Virus record (IMG/VR): IMGVR_UViG_3300029305_004466
Length of the DNA stretch: 64,000 bases
From: a virus
Taxonomy: Duplodnaviria; Caudoviricetes
Strand: one strand, 5' to 3'
Below the pieces are notes generated by a model. It had not been told where the DNA came from, did not search any database, and was given only the letters and a program-made list of their open reading frames with translations. A program made the position numbers and the translations under genes. Positions 28,739 to 39,011 of the stretch are shown piece by piece (the first letter of the stretch is position 1; the number at the start of each line of letters is the position of its first letter).

Positions 28739-30001
28739 TTATGAAAGTTTATATTGAACCATGCATTTGCTAATATTTGGAGTATCTTGAACTCCCTCTA
28801 TTGTGAACCGTACCATAAGTTTATGTCCATTTAATATAAATGGGAGTGAGTCTGAAATTTTGTGGGTATTTCCACTTGCATCATAATAATAATACTCTTT
28901 ATAAATATTTTCAAGTACTGATGCATCAATTTCATTATTACATAAAACTTCAGCTCCATAAATCTTAATGTTATTGTTAATTTCTGGAAATTCGAACACC
29001 ATATCGAACTCACTATGGTCTCTTGTATATCTATTATAATTTATATCTAAATCTCTAATGCCAAGATACCAAATACGTCTATCAGTTTGTGCATCGTATT
29101 CAAAGTTACGTTGACGAAGCTTAATCCTAATCTGATTTGTCTGTATTGGTTTGAAATTTAATTTTATCTTAGGGGAATCCTTAATAACACCTCTTGTTGA
29201 TTTATTACCAAAGACATCTTCATACTCTTCTTCAGAGTAGCATGAATGATATTCCATCCCCGGAATTGGTTGCCATGCTCCATTGGTCTTATAATCTACT
29301 CCAAGAACATCGGTATAACCATTTGGATAAGGCGATAATATAATCTGATTAATTAAACGAGAAGTTACAATGTCCTCAGGAAGCCCTATAATGACCTCAT
29401 TTTCAACGCTTTCAATTGCAGTGTCTGTAACTATGCGTCTGAACCAAACAGTGCTTAAATTGCCGTCTAGTGCGTTTTTAGGGTCACTATCTTCTATCAA
29501 TAAGATATGTTCGTTATCTGTATTAAAAGAATCTGGACCGATATACATTTTTAAGCTTGGTGGGATTAACATTTCATCATATGTTTCATCATGTAATCGT
29601 GTCTTACTTACAGAGCTTGCAATATTAGCAATAATGTCATTGGTATTCTTATCAACAACAGCTGCATAAGGACTTAAATCATCAACAATTGCATTTAATG
29701 CATGAACTGTAATGGTTCTAAGGTCATCATGAGATAATAATAAATTATTGTATTGTTCTTCTATTGCAGATAATCTTGCCAATGTTTCATTAAGGCGTTT
29801 AGAACAACAAACAGATTCTATGTTTGTTACGGTATTCATTTCATATATTTCTTTTTGTAACGTATTTGCTTTATTAAACAAATCAAGAATATCGTTGAAT
29901 ACCTGTTCTTGCATTGTATTTAACTTATGACTATCACTGATTTCTCTTGTTTTAAACTGATTTTCTTGTACTGAAGGTATATTTTTTACTTGTAAGTCCA
30001 T
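28739..30001 (-). CDS. Putative virion structural (baseplate/tail) protein
   Basis: Beta-rich; NALDGNLSTVW discoidin-like motif; shares motifs with neighbouring paralogues. Confidence 0.6.
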   Translation of the reverse strand: MDLQVKNIPSVQENQFKTREISDSHKLNTMQEQVFNDILDLFNKANTLQKEIYEMNTVTNIESVCCSKRLNETLARLSAIEEQYNNLLLSHDDLRTITVHALNAIVDDLSPYAAVVDKNTNDIIANIASSVSKTRLHDETYDEMLIPPSLKMYIGPDSFNTDNEHILLIEDSDPKNALDGNLSTVWFRRIVTDTAIESVENEVIIGLPEDIVTSRLINQIILSPYPNGYTDVLGVDYKTNGAWQPIPGMEYHSCYSEEEYEDVFGNKSTRGVIKDSPKIKLNFKPIQTNQIRIKLRQRNFEYDAQTDRRIWYLGIRDLDINYNRYTRDHSEFDMVFEFPEINNNIKIYGAEVLCNNEIDASVLENIYKEYYYYDASGNTHKISDSLPFILNGHKLMVRFTIEGVQDTPNISKCMVQYKLS

Positions 30002-30004
30002 GCT

Positions 30005-31678
30005 TTATCCCCTCTCTTTTAACGAATTAACTTTTCCGTCTATGATATTGCAAGTATTTATAACATTAGCTTCGATGTTTTGAATACTATTAACATCAGA
30101 ATACATTCTTTTATAAGATTCTTCAAGCTCATTAAATATATCAAATAACTTATTGATATTATCATAAACAAACTTATTGTAATTTTCATACTTTTCACTT
30201 TCCATTGGACCTCTTCTTCTGTGATTCATTTTGGTCATCTCAGGGTAAGCTAAATCTATTTGAGTAGGGGAATACGAATCTTCAGTAGTATTTTCTGGTT
30301 CAACACCTGTAACTATAAAAGTACAAGTATTTTCCATATAGGTTAACGTTATTTCGTTAGCACCTATAGTGTTTATATGTGTTTTATCTACTGAGAAATC
30401 TGTAATAGTTGTTATACTATTGTTGTTCCAGTGTGCTTTACATATAACACGTTCTGGATTAAATGATTTGTTTAATCTTACTGGAGGTCCTATGTATTCT
30501 GCTGTAATATAAACAATTTCTTTTTCAGGAACAAAACCTTCTACTATAAAGGTAGTAGTTAATGTATCGCCATTATTTGTTGTATAAGTTACAGTAATTA
30601 TATTGTCTTTTTCAAGAAGTATGGTTTGCGTATCAAGAGTATAGTATTTGTTATTTAATGTTTCCCAGTATGAATTCTGCCCTATATCGTCACGATAATA
30701 AATTTTAACTGTTAAATAATCCAGTGAAAAGTTTTTACCGACTTCTACTTTCGGACCATTATAAAATGCATTTAATTGAGTAGGTAATGGAGCGTAATGA
30801 TTAATAGTTACATTACAGGTAAAGCCTAAATAGTAAATTCCTAAAACGCCTTGATTGACTGATGTAATAGTATTTCCATCAGTATATGACCAGTCTGTAA
30901 CTGTACTGCTATATCCATCAGAATAATTTACGGTTACAATAACGTCTTTCTTTTTTGGCTTTTTATTTAAAGCTACTGGTTTACCTACATATTCGGCTTG
31001 TATATCGTTTATTTTTCTTAAACCGTCTATTACAAAATTTGCTGTTAACTCGTTTTCGCCATGATTAACTTTTACAGTAAATACATTTGAACCAAAAGAA
31101 CTAACAACGTTAGAAACATTTCCATCAGAATTTAGAACCGTATAATTACCAGAAATGATTTCTACTTTATTGCCATCGTCATAATAACCAGTTACTGTTA
31201 AGTATTCTTGGTTAAATTCTTCTCCTACGGTTACAGCCGGACCATCGTATGATACAAGTATTATTGTCATAGGTTTAAGTGCTTTATCATCTTTCAAGAC
31301 AACTAAATATCTTGAAAGATTTTCTCCTAAAGCATCATTATAACAAACGACACAGCTTTCAGTGAGCACCAATGGCGTACTGTAAAACAGAGCTCCTGTA
31401 TTTTCAGCCATATCTTTTCTCATCTCAGCTACTGTATCTACAAAATTTGTATTTATCTGTTCAATGGTTTTTAATCCATAGTCTGAGAATTTTCTTATTT
31501 TGTAATTAACACCATGTATATAATCATCTGTTGTAGGATTTTGGAACTGTAACTCAACATTAGTATACCAGATATCAATACCATTAAGATTGGTTACAGG
31601 AGTGGAATAGTTATATTCATCTGTTGGAACGATATAACCTTCAAGTCTATACCAATTTTGACTATCTACTCTTACCAT
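30005..31678 (-). CDS. Virion protein with four bacterial Ig-like repeats
   Basis: Repeated Y.G..V.VG..F....L.V...Y.DG units. Confidence 0.7.
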   Translation of the reverse strand: MVRVDSQNWYRLEGYIVPTDEYNYSTPVTNLNGIDIWYTNVELQFQNPTTDDYIHGVNYKIRKFSDYGLKTIEQINTNFVDTVAEMRKDMAENTGALFYSTPLVLTESCVVCYNDALGENLSRYLVVLKDDKALKPMTIILVSYDGPAVTVGEEFNQEYLTVTGYYDDGNKVEIISGNYTVLNSDGNVSNVVSSFGSNVFTVKVNHGENELTANFVIDGLRKINDIQAEYVGKPVALNKKPKKKDVIVTVNYSDGYSSTVTDWSYTDGNTITSVNQGVLGIYYLGFTCNVTINHYAPLPTQLNAFYNGPKVEVGKNFSLDYLTVKIYYRDDIGQNSYWETLNNKYYTLDTQTILLEKDNIITVTYTTNNGDTLTTTFIVEGFVPEKEIVYITAEYIGPPVRLNKSFNPERVICKAHWNNNSITTITDFSVDKTHINTIGANEITLTYMENTCTFIVTGVEPENTTEDSYSPTQIDLAYPEMTKMNHRRRGPMESEKYENYNKFVYDNINKLFDIFNELEESYKRMYSDVNSIQNIEANVINTCNIIDGKVNSLKERG

Positions 31679-31688
31679 ATATATCTAC

Positions 31689-33752
31689 CTACTTTCCTGT
31701 AATTCTAAAGTTATCAATTTCTGGAGATACATTATTATCGTTACTGTATAATACAGCCATAATTCTAAAGGCTATTTTGTTATTAGAGAAATAATAAGCC
31801 ATATCTTCTTTTAAAGAATGGTATTTTAAAAAGTATCCCATGTCTTCTATATATGAATTAACCATATCTTCAGGATTACATTTAACGCAAATATAACCAT
31901 CTTTGATTGTGTAATATCTATAATTTGGTTTCATCTGTTTATCTAACACATGCCAGTTAACATACTTCATTGGCGGGTATGCAAATACGTTATTCGTAAT
32001 CTCTTTAAAGTTAAGATTGTGGTATAAAACTCTTACAGCATCTCCTGTAGCAGGGGAATAAATCGCTATCTGAATTTTGTTAACGCCTTTCTTAAGAGCA
32101 AAGCTATAAAGGTTTTCGTCATTATTGCCTGTTTTAGATATTTCAAGACCGTTAATGAATACCTTTTGCTGAGTACCGCTTATAATTCCATTATAGGATA
32201 CATCCATTACTTTGATGTATTTATTATAGATATTAGCAGCTTGTTCAAGAGATACATACTGTGTAAATACATATAATGTATTTGGATGCATCTTAAAGTT
32301 TGTATAGTTTTCACAGTCCATAAAAAGTTGGTCTTCAGTGCAATCTTTAGTGAACTCTGTAAAGTCAAAAGAATTAAAGTCAAAAGTTGCGGAGTCTGTA
32401 AGACCGTTTTTCTTTTGATATCTTATAACAGACCACATATTATACCCTGCTGTTATTTTAATACTATTTTTATTAACAGTCTCAGGTATTTTATATAATT
32501 TATATAATTCATCTGCAACAATATCCATATCACCAAAATTATCTGTTGTTTCTAAATGGTAATTTAATATCTTGTTTCTTTCTTCAAACATAAATAATTT
32601 ATGCTCTTTATGATTTTGAATAACATCCCAACCTATTTTAGATTCTCCATTATCAAATCCTATAAAGTAATCTATTCTTGTGTTGCTATATATTTTATCA
32701 GAAGCATCTAATCTAATGGAATTTACCAAATTATCAAATTCTATTTTCTTTGAAACAAATATGGACTTTGCCTCAAATGTCTCTAATGCCACAGAGATAT
32801 TCTTTAAAATATAATAATATTCATAATACTTGCGATTGTCATCTGTTAATCCGTATCCATCTGCTTCGGTTTTAATGATGTTGATTTTTATATACTGTAT
32901 AGTCTTTACTGGGAAGTTCCACTCCATAAGATTATTGCCAGTTATATCATGAACGTTAATATAGTTTTCTCCATCTTCAGACAAGCTGAGCTCGCATCTT
33001 ATCTTTCTTGATGAAGTAAAACTAAATAATACAGTATTGATATCCATCTGCTTTTTTAAATCTATAATTATGGAAACAGTTTTTTCTTCATTATTTTCGC
33101 TCTTTCCGATTAGAGTATAAAAAGAATCAATGGTATCAGTCAGAATATTATTTAATTCACCTTCTGTTTGCTGGTTCTTAAAAACATTCTTCGAAATACT
33201 AATATTAGCATTTGAAATATTTATTTTATTTGTTTTAGAACTTGATTTTTCTGTATGTAATTTTTTCTGTAATAAGTTAACAAAGGCTGTTGTATATGGG
33301 ATATTTCTTTTAACATCTCCATAGTATTCAACATCATATAAATCATCAAAAACTTGAACGTATTGCTTTCCTGCAATGCTGGAATTCATTATTTCTTTTA
33401 TGTTTTCTACCCGCAGGGCTAATTTTTGTATTGCATTTGTTATCTTTGTTTTTTCTGTATCGTAATACTCTTGAATAGCTACAGCTTTATTATTTGCCTC
33501 GATGTTGGCGTTATACATGGTTTCCATGTCTTCACCAAGAGATTCAAATGTATGATTGTAAGCTTCTTTGTTTGAAACTTCATAAGGTTCCTGTTTTATA
33601 GGAGCATAGTATGGCATACCAAGAGTTTTGTTTTCAAAGAAATTTGACAGTAAATTATTAAGTTCATAATTATTTGGTCTTATACCTTTTTTGAGGAGTC
33701 CTTGTTTGAACTCCTCTTTTTTGGCATTATACTGGATTTTACTAATACTCAA
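31689..33752 (-). CDS. Putative virion structural protein
   Basis: 687 aa; paralogue-family motifs; structural module. Confidence 0.6.
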   Translation of the reverse strand: MSISKIQYNAKKEEFKQGLLKKGIRPNNYELNNLLSNFFENKTLGMPYYAPIKQEPYEVSNKEAYNHTFESLGEDMETMYNANIEANNKAVAIQEYYDTEKTKITNAIQKLALRVENIKEIMNSSIAGKQYVQVFDDLYDVEYYGDVKRNIPYTTAFVNLLQKKLHTEKSSSKTNKINISNANISISKNVFKNQQTEGELNNILTDTIDSFYTLIGKSENNEEKTVSIIIDLKKQMDINTVLFSFTSSRKIRCELSLSEDGENYINVHDITGNNLMEWNFPVKTIQYIKINIIKTEADGYGLTDDNRKYYEYYYILKNISVALETFEAKSIFVSKKIEFDNLVNSIRLDASDKIYSNTRIDYFIGFDNGESKIGWDVIQNHKEHKLFMFEERNKILNYHLETTDNFGDMDIVADELYKLYKIPETVNKNSIKITAGYNMWSVIRYQKKNGLTDSATFDFNSFDFTEFTKDCTEDQLFMDCENYTNFKMHPNTLYVFTQYVSLEQAANIYNKYIKVMDVSYNGIISGTQQKVFINGLEISKTGNNDENLYSFALKKGVNKIQIAIYSPATGDAVRVLYHNLNFKEITNNVFAYPPMKYVNWHVLDKQMKPNYRYYTIKDGYICVKCNPEDMVNSYIEDMGYFLKYHSLKEDMAYYFSNNKIAFRIMAVLYSNDNNVSPEIDNFRITGK

Positions 33753-35520
33753 TGTTTTCCCCTCCAGTTTCTACGATTAATCTGTATTGATAAACTACTG
33801 GTGTGCTGTACTCAGCGTTATTCACCTTCGGTCTTTCCATTGTTATTTTTAACTGGAAAGAATGTGCGTCTGATAACAGACTAATATTTTTACTCTTTCT
33901 TTCTTTATCGTCAACTGTAGTTAATAAATTTGAAATGGTATCTGTGTTAATGGTATATCTGTAAACGCCCTGATAAGCTCTGTGTGTTGGATATATCTGA
34001 TGCCAGTTTACTCCACCATCAAAAGTAATGTAATATTTTAAAATCTCTGGGTTATCCCCCGGAATATATTCTTTAGCGTCTAATGATATTGCAGTAATAC
34101 ATTCATCTGTTGTGTATGGATTACTGATAAATTCTCCATATTCTCTAAAGTTAAAACTATCAATATCTACGTTTTTAATACCAATCATATAGCGATTAGC
34201 ATTAATAATTTCTTGACCAGCTTTTCTGTCTATGGTGCTATTCGGTAATGTAAACAGTTTATCCTTTGCAAAAGAATCGCTAGGATATTCCGCTTTAGAA
34301 TTATTATATTTTAGCCATTGTGTAGAAGGGTCATATTTTACACCGAGTAGATTAACTGAAGGCTGTGGACCCTCTATTCTTGAATATATGTTACTGGTAT
34401 CATAGTCTTGGAATATGGACATTGATTTACTGTTTACTTTTGAATAATAGTAATGTCCTACTTTTGTATCATACCATGAATTTTGCACCAGTGTTAATTC
34501 AATTCTTTGAATATAATCAGCAGGAAAGAGTAAAATCTTTGTGCCATCAAATGATTCATTGATAGCTGCTTGATATACATTATTATTGGCTGTTATAATA
34601 TTACACTTTTCTATAATGGAGTTTTTCACTCCTTTTATTTCAGATAAGTAAGGTTTTAAACTTATCCAGCTACAAATGTCTGAAGAATTCGTATAGATGA
34701 TAAGTTTTAATTTTAAAGGCCCTTCTCCTGTCCAGCTTACGCCTTCGGAATATTCAAAACCATAGTTATTGCATTCCTGTCTTACTGATTCAGGAATTGT
34801 AAATAACTCATACTCAAACCATGTATCAAGACTACCATCATGGATTGCTTTTATTTTATTATGTAATCCGTCTTGTCCTATGAAGTGCAAATCTTTATTT
34901 AAAGTATCTACACAATGAGTGTTCCCCGGAAAACCGTTGCTTTCATTTTCATCTATTTCAACATTGAGTATTTTTAATTTATTATTTGTTTCGTATGGCA
35001 AAGTAAGAATTCCATCAGAGCTGTGTATTGCACATACATGTTTATGATGTTTATTACCTGCGGCATCTATATTATTAAACAACTCTGTAAATACAATAGT
35101 TCCAGAGTTTTTATTTAATTCCATGTTCTGCATAATGTTATCCACTTGCTGTGTTAAATATGAAATCTCATTTGACATCATAATACGATTTAACTCAGCA
35201 TCCATGAAAGACTGTTTAACATTAGAGGATAAAGACAGGCAATCGTTAACAATATATTGCATATCATTATATGCTTCAGTAATCATTGAATTATAATCGT
35301 CAGAAACAGGTGCAAAAACGGCAGGTCTAAACTTAAAGCTAGGCTTGTTCAAACTGTTATAGAAATCTGTTATTACACTCTTCACTCTATAATAGTATTC
35401 TGTTTCAGTTCTTATCTTGCCATTCTTGTAGTCGTTCCAAACGTTATTCAATAACAAGGATAACTTGTTATCTATTGTCTTTGATTTGTCTGTATATTGT
35501 AACAGATTGCCCATGTCCAT
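33742..35520 (-). CDS. Putative virion structural protein
   Basis: 592 aa; DGSLDTWFE, YYITFDGGVNW. Confidence 0.6.
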   Translation of the reverse strand: MDMGNLLQYTDKSKTIDNKLSLLLNNVWNDYKNGKIRTETEYYYRVKSVITDFYNSLNKPSFKFRPAVFAPVSDDYNSMITEAYNDMQYIVNDCLSLSSNVKQSFMDAELNRIMMSNEISYLTQQVDNIMQNMELNKNSGTIVFTELFNNIDAAGNKHHKHVCAIHSSDGILTLPYETNNKLKILNVEIDENESNGFPGNTHCVDTLNKDLHFIGQDGLHNKIKAIHDGSLDTWFEYELFTIPESVRQECNNYGFEYSEGVSWTGEGPLKLKLIIYTNSSDICSWISLKPYLSEIKGVKNSIIEKCNIITANNNVYQAAINESFDGTKILLFPADYIQRIELTLVQNSWYDTKVGHYYYSKVNSKSMSIFQDYDTSNIYSRIEGPQPSVNLLGVKYDPSTQWLKYNNSKAEYPSDSFAKDKLFTLPNSTIDRKAGQEIINANRYMIGIKNVDIDSFNFREYGEFISNPYTTDECITAISLDAKEYIPGDNPEILKYYITFDGGVNWHQIYPTHRAYQGVYRYTINTDTISNLLTTVDDKERKSKNISLLSDAHSFQLKITMERPKVNNAEYSTPVVYQYRLIVETGGENIEY

Positions 35521-35526
35521 TCTCCT

Positions 35527-35805
35527 TTATTTGTTTAAGATAACTATTGCTTTTGCCAATACAATGAGTACTCTCTGTTTGTATATCATACATGCATTCA
35601 TTATACAATCAGTTAAACTAACTGATAACAGATACCCTTCTGCTAATCCAATGGCTTTTCTTAATTTTTCTTCGTCAACCGAATCATTATTATCAAAACC
35701 ATTATCCATTATTAGCACCGCATTGTCAATTTCTTCTCTGTTAATGTATTTTCCTAATTCTTCAGTAAAAAGTGTTTCCAATGCCTCTCTGGTTGTTACC
35801 TTCAT
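35527..35805 (-). CDS. Small hypothetical protein
   Basis: 92 aa, AGGTGA RBS. Confidence 0.7.
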   Translation of the reverse strand: MKVTTREALETLFTEELGKYINREEIDNAVLIMDNGFDNNDSVDEEKLRKAIGLAEGYLLSVSLTDCIMNACMIYKQRVLIVLAKAIVILNK

Positions 35806-35828
35806 TACATCACCTTTATTAAATTATT

Positions 35829-36128
35829 TTATTCAGTCGTGGTATCAAGTAAAGACTGTAACTTTTTCTGTACCGCAGCCTGAACAAACTTAGCCCAATC
35901 GTTAGTATTTCTCATACCTACGTCTGTGAATTTATCCATCTCTAATTGAGATAATTCATCGTAAACCATATTACCGATTTCTAATGGTTCAAGACCTTTT
36001 TCCATACCTTCTAAGATAGAACGAATAGGAAAAGTTTTAGTCTGAGTTAAGACATCCTGAGGGAGAACTTCACTTGGAATATTCATTAACTCCTGCTTTG
36101 TAGTATCTGTTAATGTATACTGTGCCAT
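35829..36128 (-). CDS. Small hypothetical protein
   Basis: 99 aa, GGAGGT RBS, TAATG coupling. Confidence 0.75.
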   Translation of the reverse strand: MAQYTLTDTTKQELMNIPSEVLPQDVLTQTKTFPIRSILEGMEKGLEPLEIGNMVYDELSQLEMDKFTDVGMRNTNDWAKFVQAAVQKKLQSLLDTTTE

Positions 36129-36454
36129 TATTCATTACCTCCTGTTTCTTCAGTGGCTTCGGTAGTTGCTACTGAATCCTTATAAGAATTGATTAACTTT
36201 CTAACTTCATGCATTGCCATTGCAACGTAGTTGTTGGTAATAGCTTTTAAACCAACAGTCTGTAAGGAATAGAATTCCTTATCGGCTTTCTGTAAATAAG
36301 TATGCATATCATATAATACATTTTCATCACATGTGCCGTCTTCTTTGATTGCTTTACAGATTTCGTTGCTTACATGAGTTAATTCCTGTGTTGGAATATA
36401 ATCATATAAGTATTCCTGTAATTTTTCACGAATAGCTAATTTTAATTTTTCCAT
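36128..36454 (-). CDS. Small hypothetical protein
   Basis: 108 aa, AAGGAG RBS. Confidence 0.75.
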   Translation of the reverse strand: MEKLKLAIREKLQEYLYDYIPTQELTHVSNEICKAIKEDGTCDENVLYDMHTYLQKADKEFYSLQTVGLKAITNNYVAMAMHEVRKLINSYKDSVATTEATEETGGNE

Positions 36455-36466
36455 AATTCTGCTCCT

Positions 36467-36706
36467 TTACATAAATCCTTTTGCGATTTTCTTTGCTACA
36501 TCAGAAGCCATTGTTGGACCTCCGAGTTTATATCCTCCGTATGCTAATGCACCACCGATACCTGCTGCTGCGGTTGCGTTCAAAGTAGTTCCTATGAGCC
36601 CCCTGTTTTCTTGTCCAGAAGTATATAAACTACCAAGTGGCAAACCAACAGCCATGGCTGCTCCACCATAGCCTAACGCTTTTCCTAATGTTGGATGAAT
36701 ATTCAT
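36467..36706 (-). CDS. Small Gly/Ala-rich hydrophobic protein
   Basis: Two GA-rich hydrophobic segments (LGYGG/LAYGG); AAGGAG RBS. Confidence 0.75.
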   Translation of the reverse strand: MNIHPTLGKALGYGGAAMAVGLPLGSLYTSGQENRGLIGTTLNATAAAGIGGALAYGGYKLGGPTMASDVAKKIAKGFM

Positions 36707-36721
36707 GGTTCATACTCCTTT

Positions 36722-39001
36722 CTACAATGTAGTGAATTCTAGTTCGTAATTGTGAAGCACTGGAGTTATCCAGAAATCTCTTTTGGAATTTTTTCTAAAG
36801 ATTGCTTTAAGTCTTACTTTAGAATCAAAGCTTGGGTAATTTACTTCTATTTTTTCAGACTTTAAAATTGGTCTGTTAAAATAAATGTTTTTGCCATTTG
36901 TATAGTACTGAAGTTTATTGGTTTTTGTATTAAAGTTTTTATAACTTTCAGAAGGGTTAAACTTATTTGTCACACATTCAATTTGCGTAGTCTTTTCATT
37001 TGTTTGGATTATAACGTTTCCTGTGTCTATGTTAATTATTTTAACATAACTTGAAGTTGAATCAGGATTGTTATGATTATAGTAAGGATAGTTATTTAAT
37101 TCATAAGCTGAAGCACCCGTGCCATTGATAACTTCATATGAATTATTGGCTATAGGATTATCATCAACAATGAATTTTAATTCTTTAGAGTCTTCTGTTG
37201 GCATATAAGATACGGTATATAAAGCGAAATGGTCTATGTTAGATATTTCAATCGCTTCAACGTTACCATTTTTATCTGTTCTTAAAATATAATCAACGTC
37301 TTCTGTTAAGACGGTATCATCCATTCTTACGATTGGACGTTGCATTACTTTTTTGAGGTTGCCATCTTTGTCATAAGTATCTACGTTACCACATACAGCT
37401 TTATGTCTTAAATAACAATAAGCGTAATCAAGCTGGAGTCTTTCACATTCTACATATGTTTTATTTTTAGGACATATTGAATGCCAGTCACTATAGGTTG
37501 GGTTTTCTTTTGTCGTTACATAATATTCAATGTCAGACATTATTCTACCATTATCTTCAGACATAAAATGTTCTTCAGTGGTCGTGATAGATAAGGATTT
37601 AATACTGCCTGCCGTTTGAATTTCTTTTGTTACATAAACGCTTGCTTGCTGAAACTCACAATAATTAGGGATGATATTATAAAAACCATATGTATATTGG
37701 TACTTTGTCACAGGAAGCATTTTGTTTTTATTATTGATAAGTAAATTGTTAATATCAATGTTTTTATTGGTATTAATCTTATTATTAATATACAGCCAAA
37801 TCGGGTCGTCTGCTGTTCTATCTAAGTACAGAGGCTTGAATATGGTTGTATTATCCATTAACAAATCTTTGTCTTCTGCTTTTGTAGCATTAAACCAAAG
37901 TTCGTTTTTAAACATTTGGTCTGAAGATATTAAGTAAGTATCCTTAATACAATGTAATTGGTTGATTAAAATATATAATCTCTTACATTTGATTTCAGGA
38001 AAATGAAAACTGTATTCTTTTCTTAATGTGCTCACATCAAGCCATGGGTACTTCGTATTGTGCGGATATAGCACATCATAACAATCGTCATCTTCATTGT
38101 CTGTTAAAGAATATCTGATTGCTATTACGTCTATAGGATAACTACCAAAAGGATTTAATACGAGCTCATTTATTTTTGTCATGGCTTCGAATTGAATACA
38201 TATTTCACACAATGCTCCCTTTGGATAATCATAGAAGGAACGATTATAATTTACTAAGTATTCATAATCCTCAAAACCCATTCCTTGTATTTTCATTTCA
38301 TCATCACAAAGAATAGTTTCAGCCCAATAGCTTGCTTTGGAAGTATCTATGGCATTCTCCAATTTTGTTTCTGAATTTCGAACCTTGATAAAACCAGAAC
38401 CATATTGCTTGGTTAAGAATATTTCTCCAAGTTGTACGCCTGATTTATACATTAAAACGTTTTGCTGTCTTGTATAATTCAACGTTAATGTTTCTTGCTC
38501 AGGATTATATTTGGTATATACCTCATCCGGCACGAGCTCTCCGTAACGTTCTGTATAATATTTTTTATCGGTTTCTTGATTGTTAGAAGTTCTGAAGTTA
38601 TCAATGAAATGCTCTGGATGACCTTCCATACTTATTACTGCTTCAACTTCAGTAAGTTTGTCGTTTAAAATACCAATAGTAGATTTCATTGTATTTATGA
38701 TACTCTGGTTTAACTTTTGGTGTTTATTCAGTGTATCGTAAAGCTGGTTAATGTAATCAAAGGTTGTTAAAATATCAAGGTACAATTCGTATGATGTCTT
38801 ATTGTAAGCATCTGCATCAGTAATACCAGACTGTAAACGTAAATTAGTAGTCAATGTTTTTGACTCCATATCAGATAACAGTTCTGATTTATATGCGGCT
38901 TTTTGTAATTCAGACATATGCCCCATGTTTAACAGCTCTTCTATAATTTTATCTACCATTTTTTCTCTAATAGAATTTAACGTATTATCTTGTATCTGCA
39001 T
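36722..39001 (-). CDS. Putative virion structural protein
   Basis: ATG 39001 after AGGAGG; paralogue-family motifs; LTEDVDY Ig-like signature. Confidence 0.6.
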   Translation of the reverse strand: MQIQDNTLNSIREKMVDKIIEELLNMGHMSELQKAAYKSELLSDMESKTLTTNLRLQSGITDADAYNKTSYELYLDILTTFDYINQLYDTLNKHQKLNQSIINTMKSTIGILNDKLTEVEAVISMEGHPEHFIDNFRTSNNQETDKKYYTERYGELVPDEVYTKYNPEQETLTLNYTRQQNVLMYKSGVQLGEIFLTKQYGSGFIKVRNSETKLENAIDTSKASYWAETILCDDEMKIQGMGFEDYEYLVNYNRSFYDYPKGALCEICIQFEAMTKINELVLNPFGSYPIDVIAIRYSLTDNEDDDCYDVLYPHNTKYPWLDVSTLRKEYSFHFPEIKCKRLYILINQLHCIKDTYLISSDQMFKNELWFNATKAEDKDLLMDNTTIFKPLYLDRTADDPIWLYINNKINTNKNIDINNLLINNKNKMLPVTKYQYTYGFYNIIPNYCEFQQASVYVTKEIQTAGSIKSLSITTTEEHFMSEDNGRIMSDIEYYVTTKENPTYSDWHSICPKNKTYVECERLQLDYAYCYLRHKAVCGNVDTYDKDGNLKKVMQRPIVRMDDTVLTEDVDYILRTDKNGNVEAIEISNIDHFALYTVSYMPTEDSKELKFIVDDNPIANNSYEVINGTGASAYELNNYPYYNHNNPDSTSSYVKIINIDTGNVIIQTNEKTTQIECVTNKFNPSESYKNFNTKTNKLQYYTNGKNIYFNRPILKSEKIEVNYPSFDSKVRLKAIFRKNSKRDFWITPVLHNYELEFTTL

Positions 39002-39011
39002 ACCAATCCTC

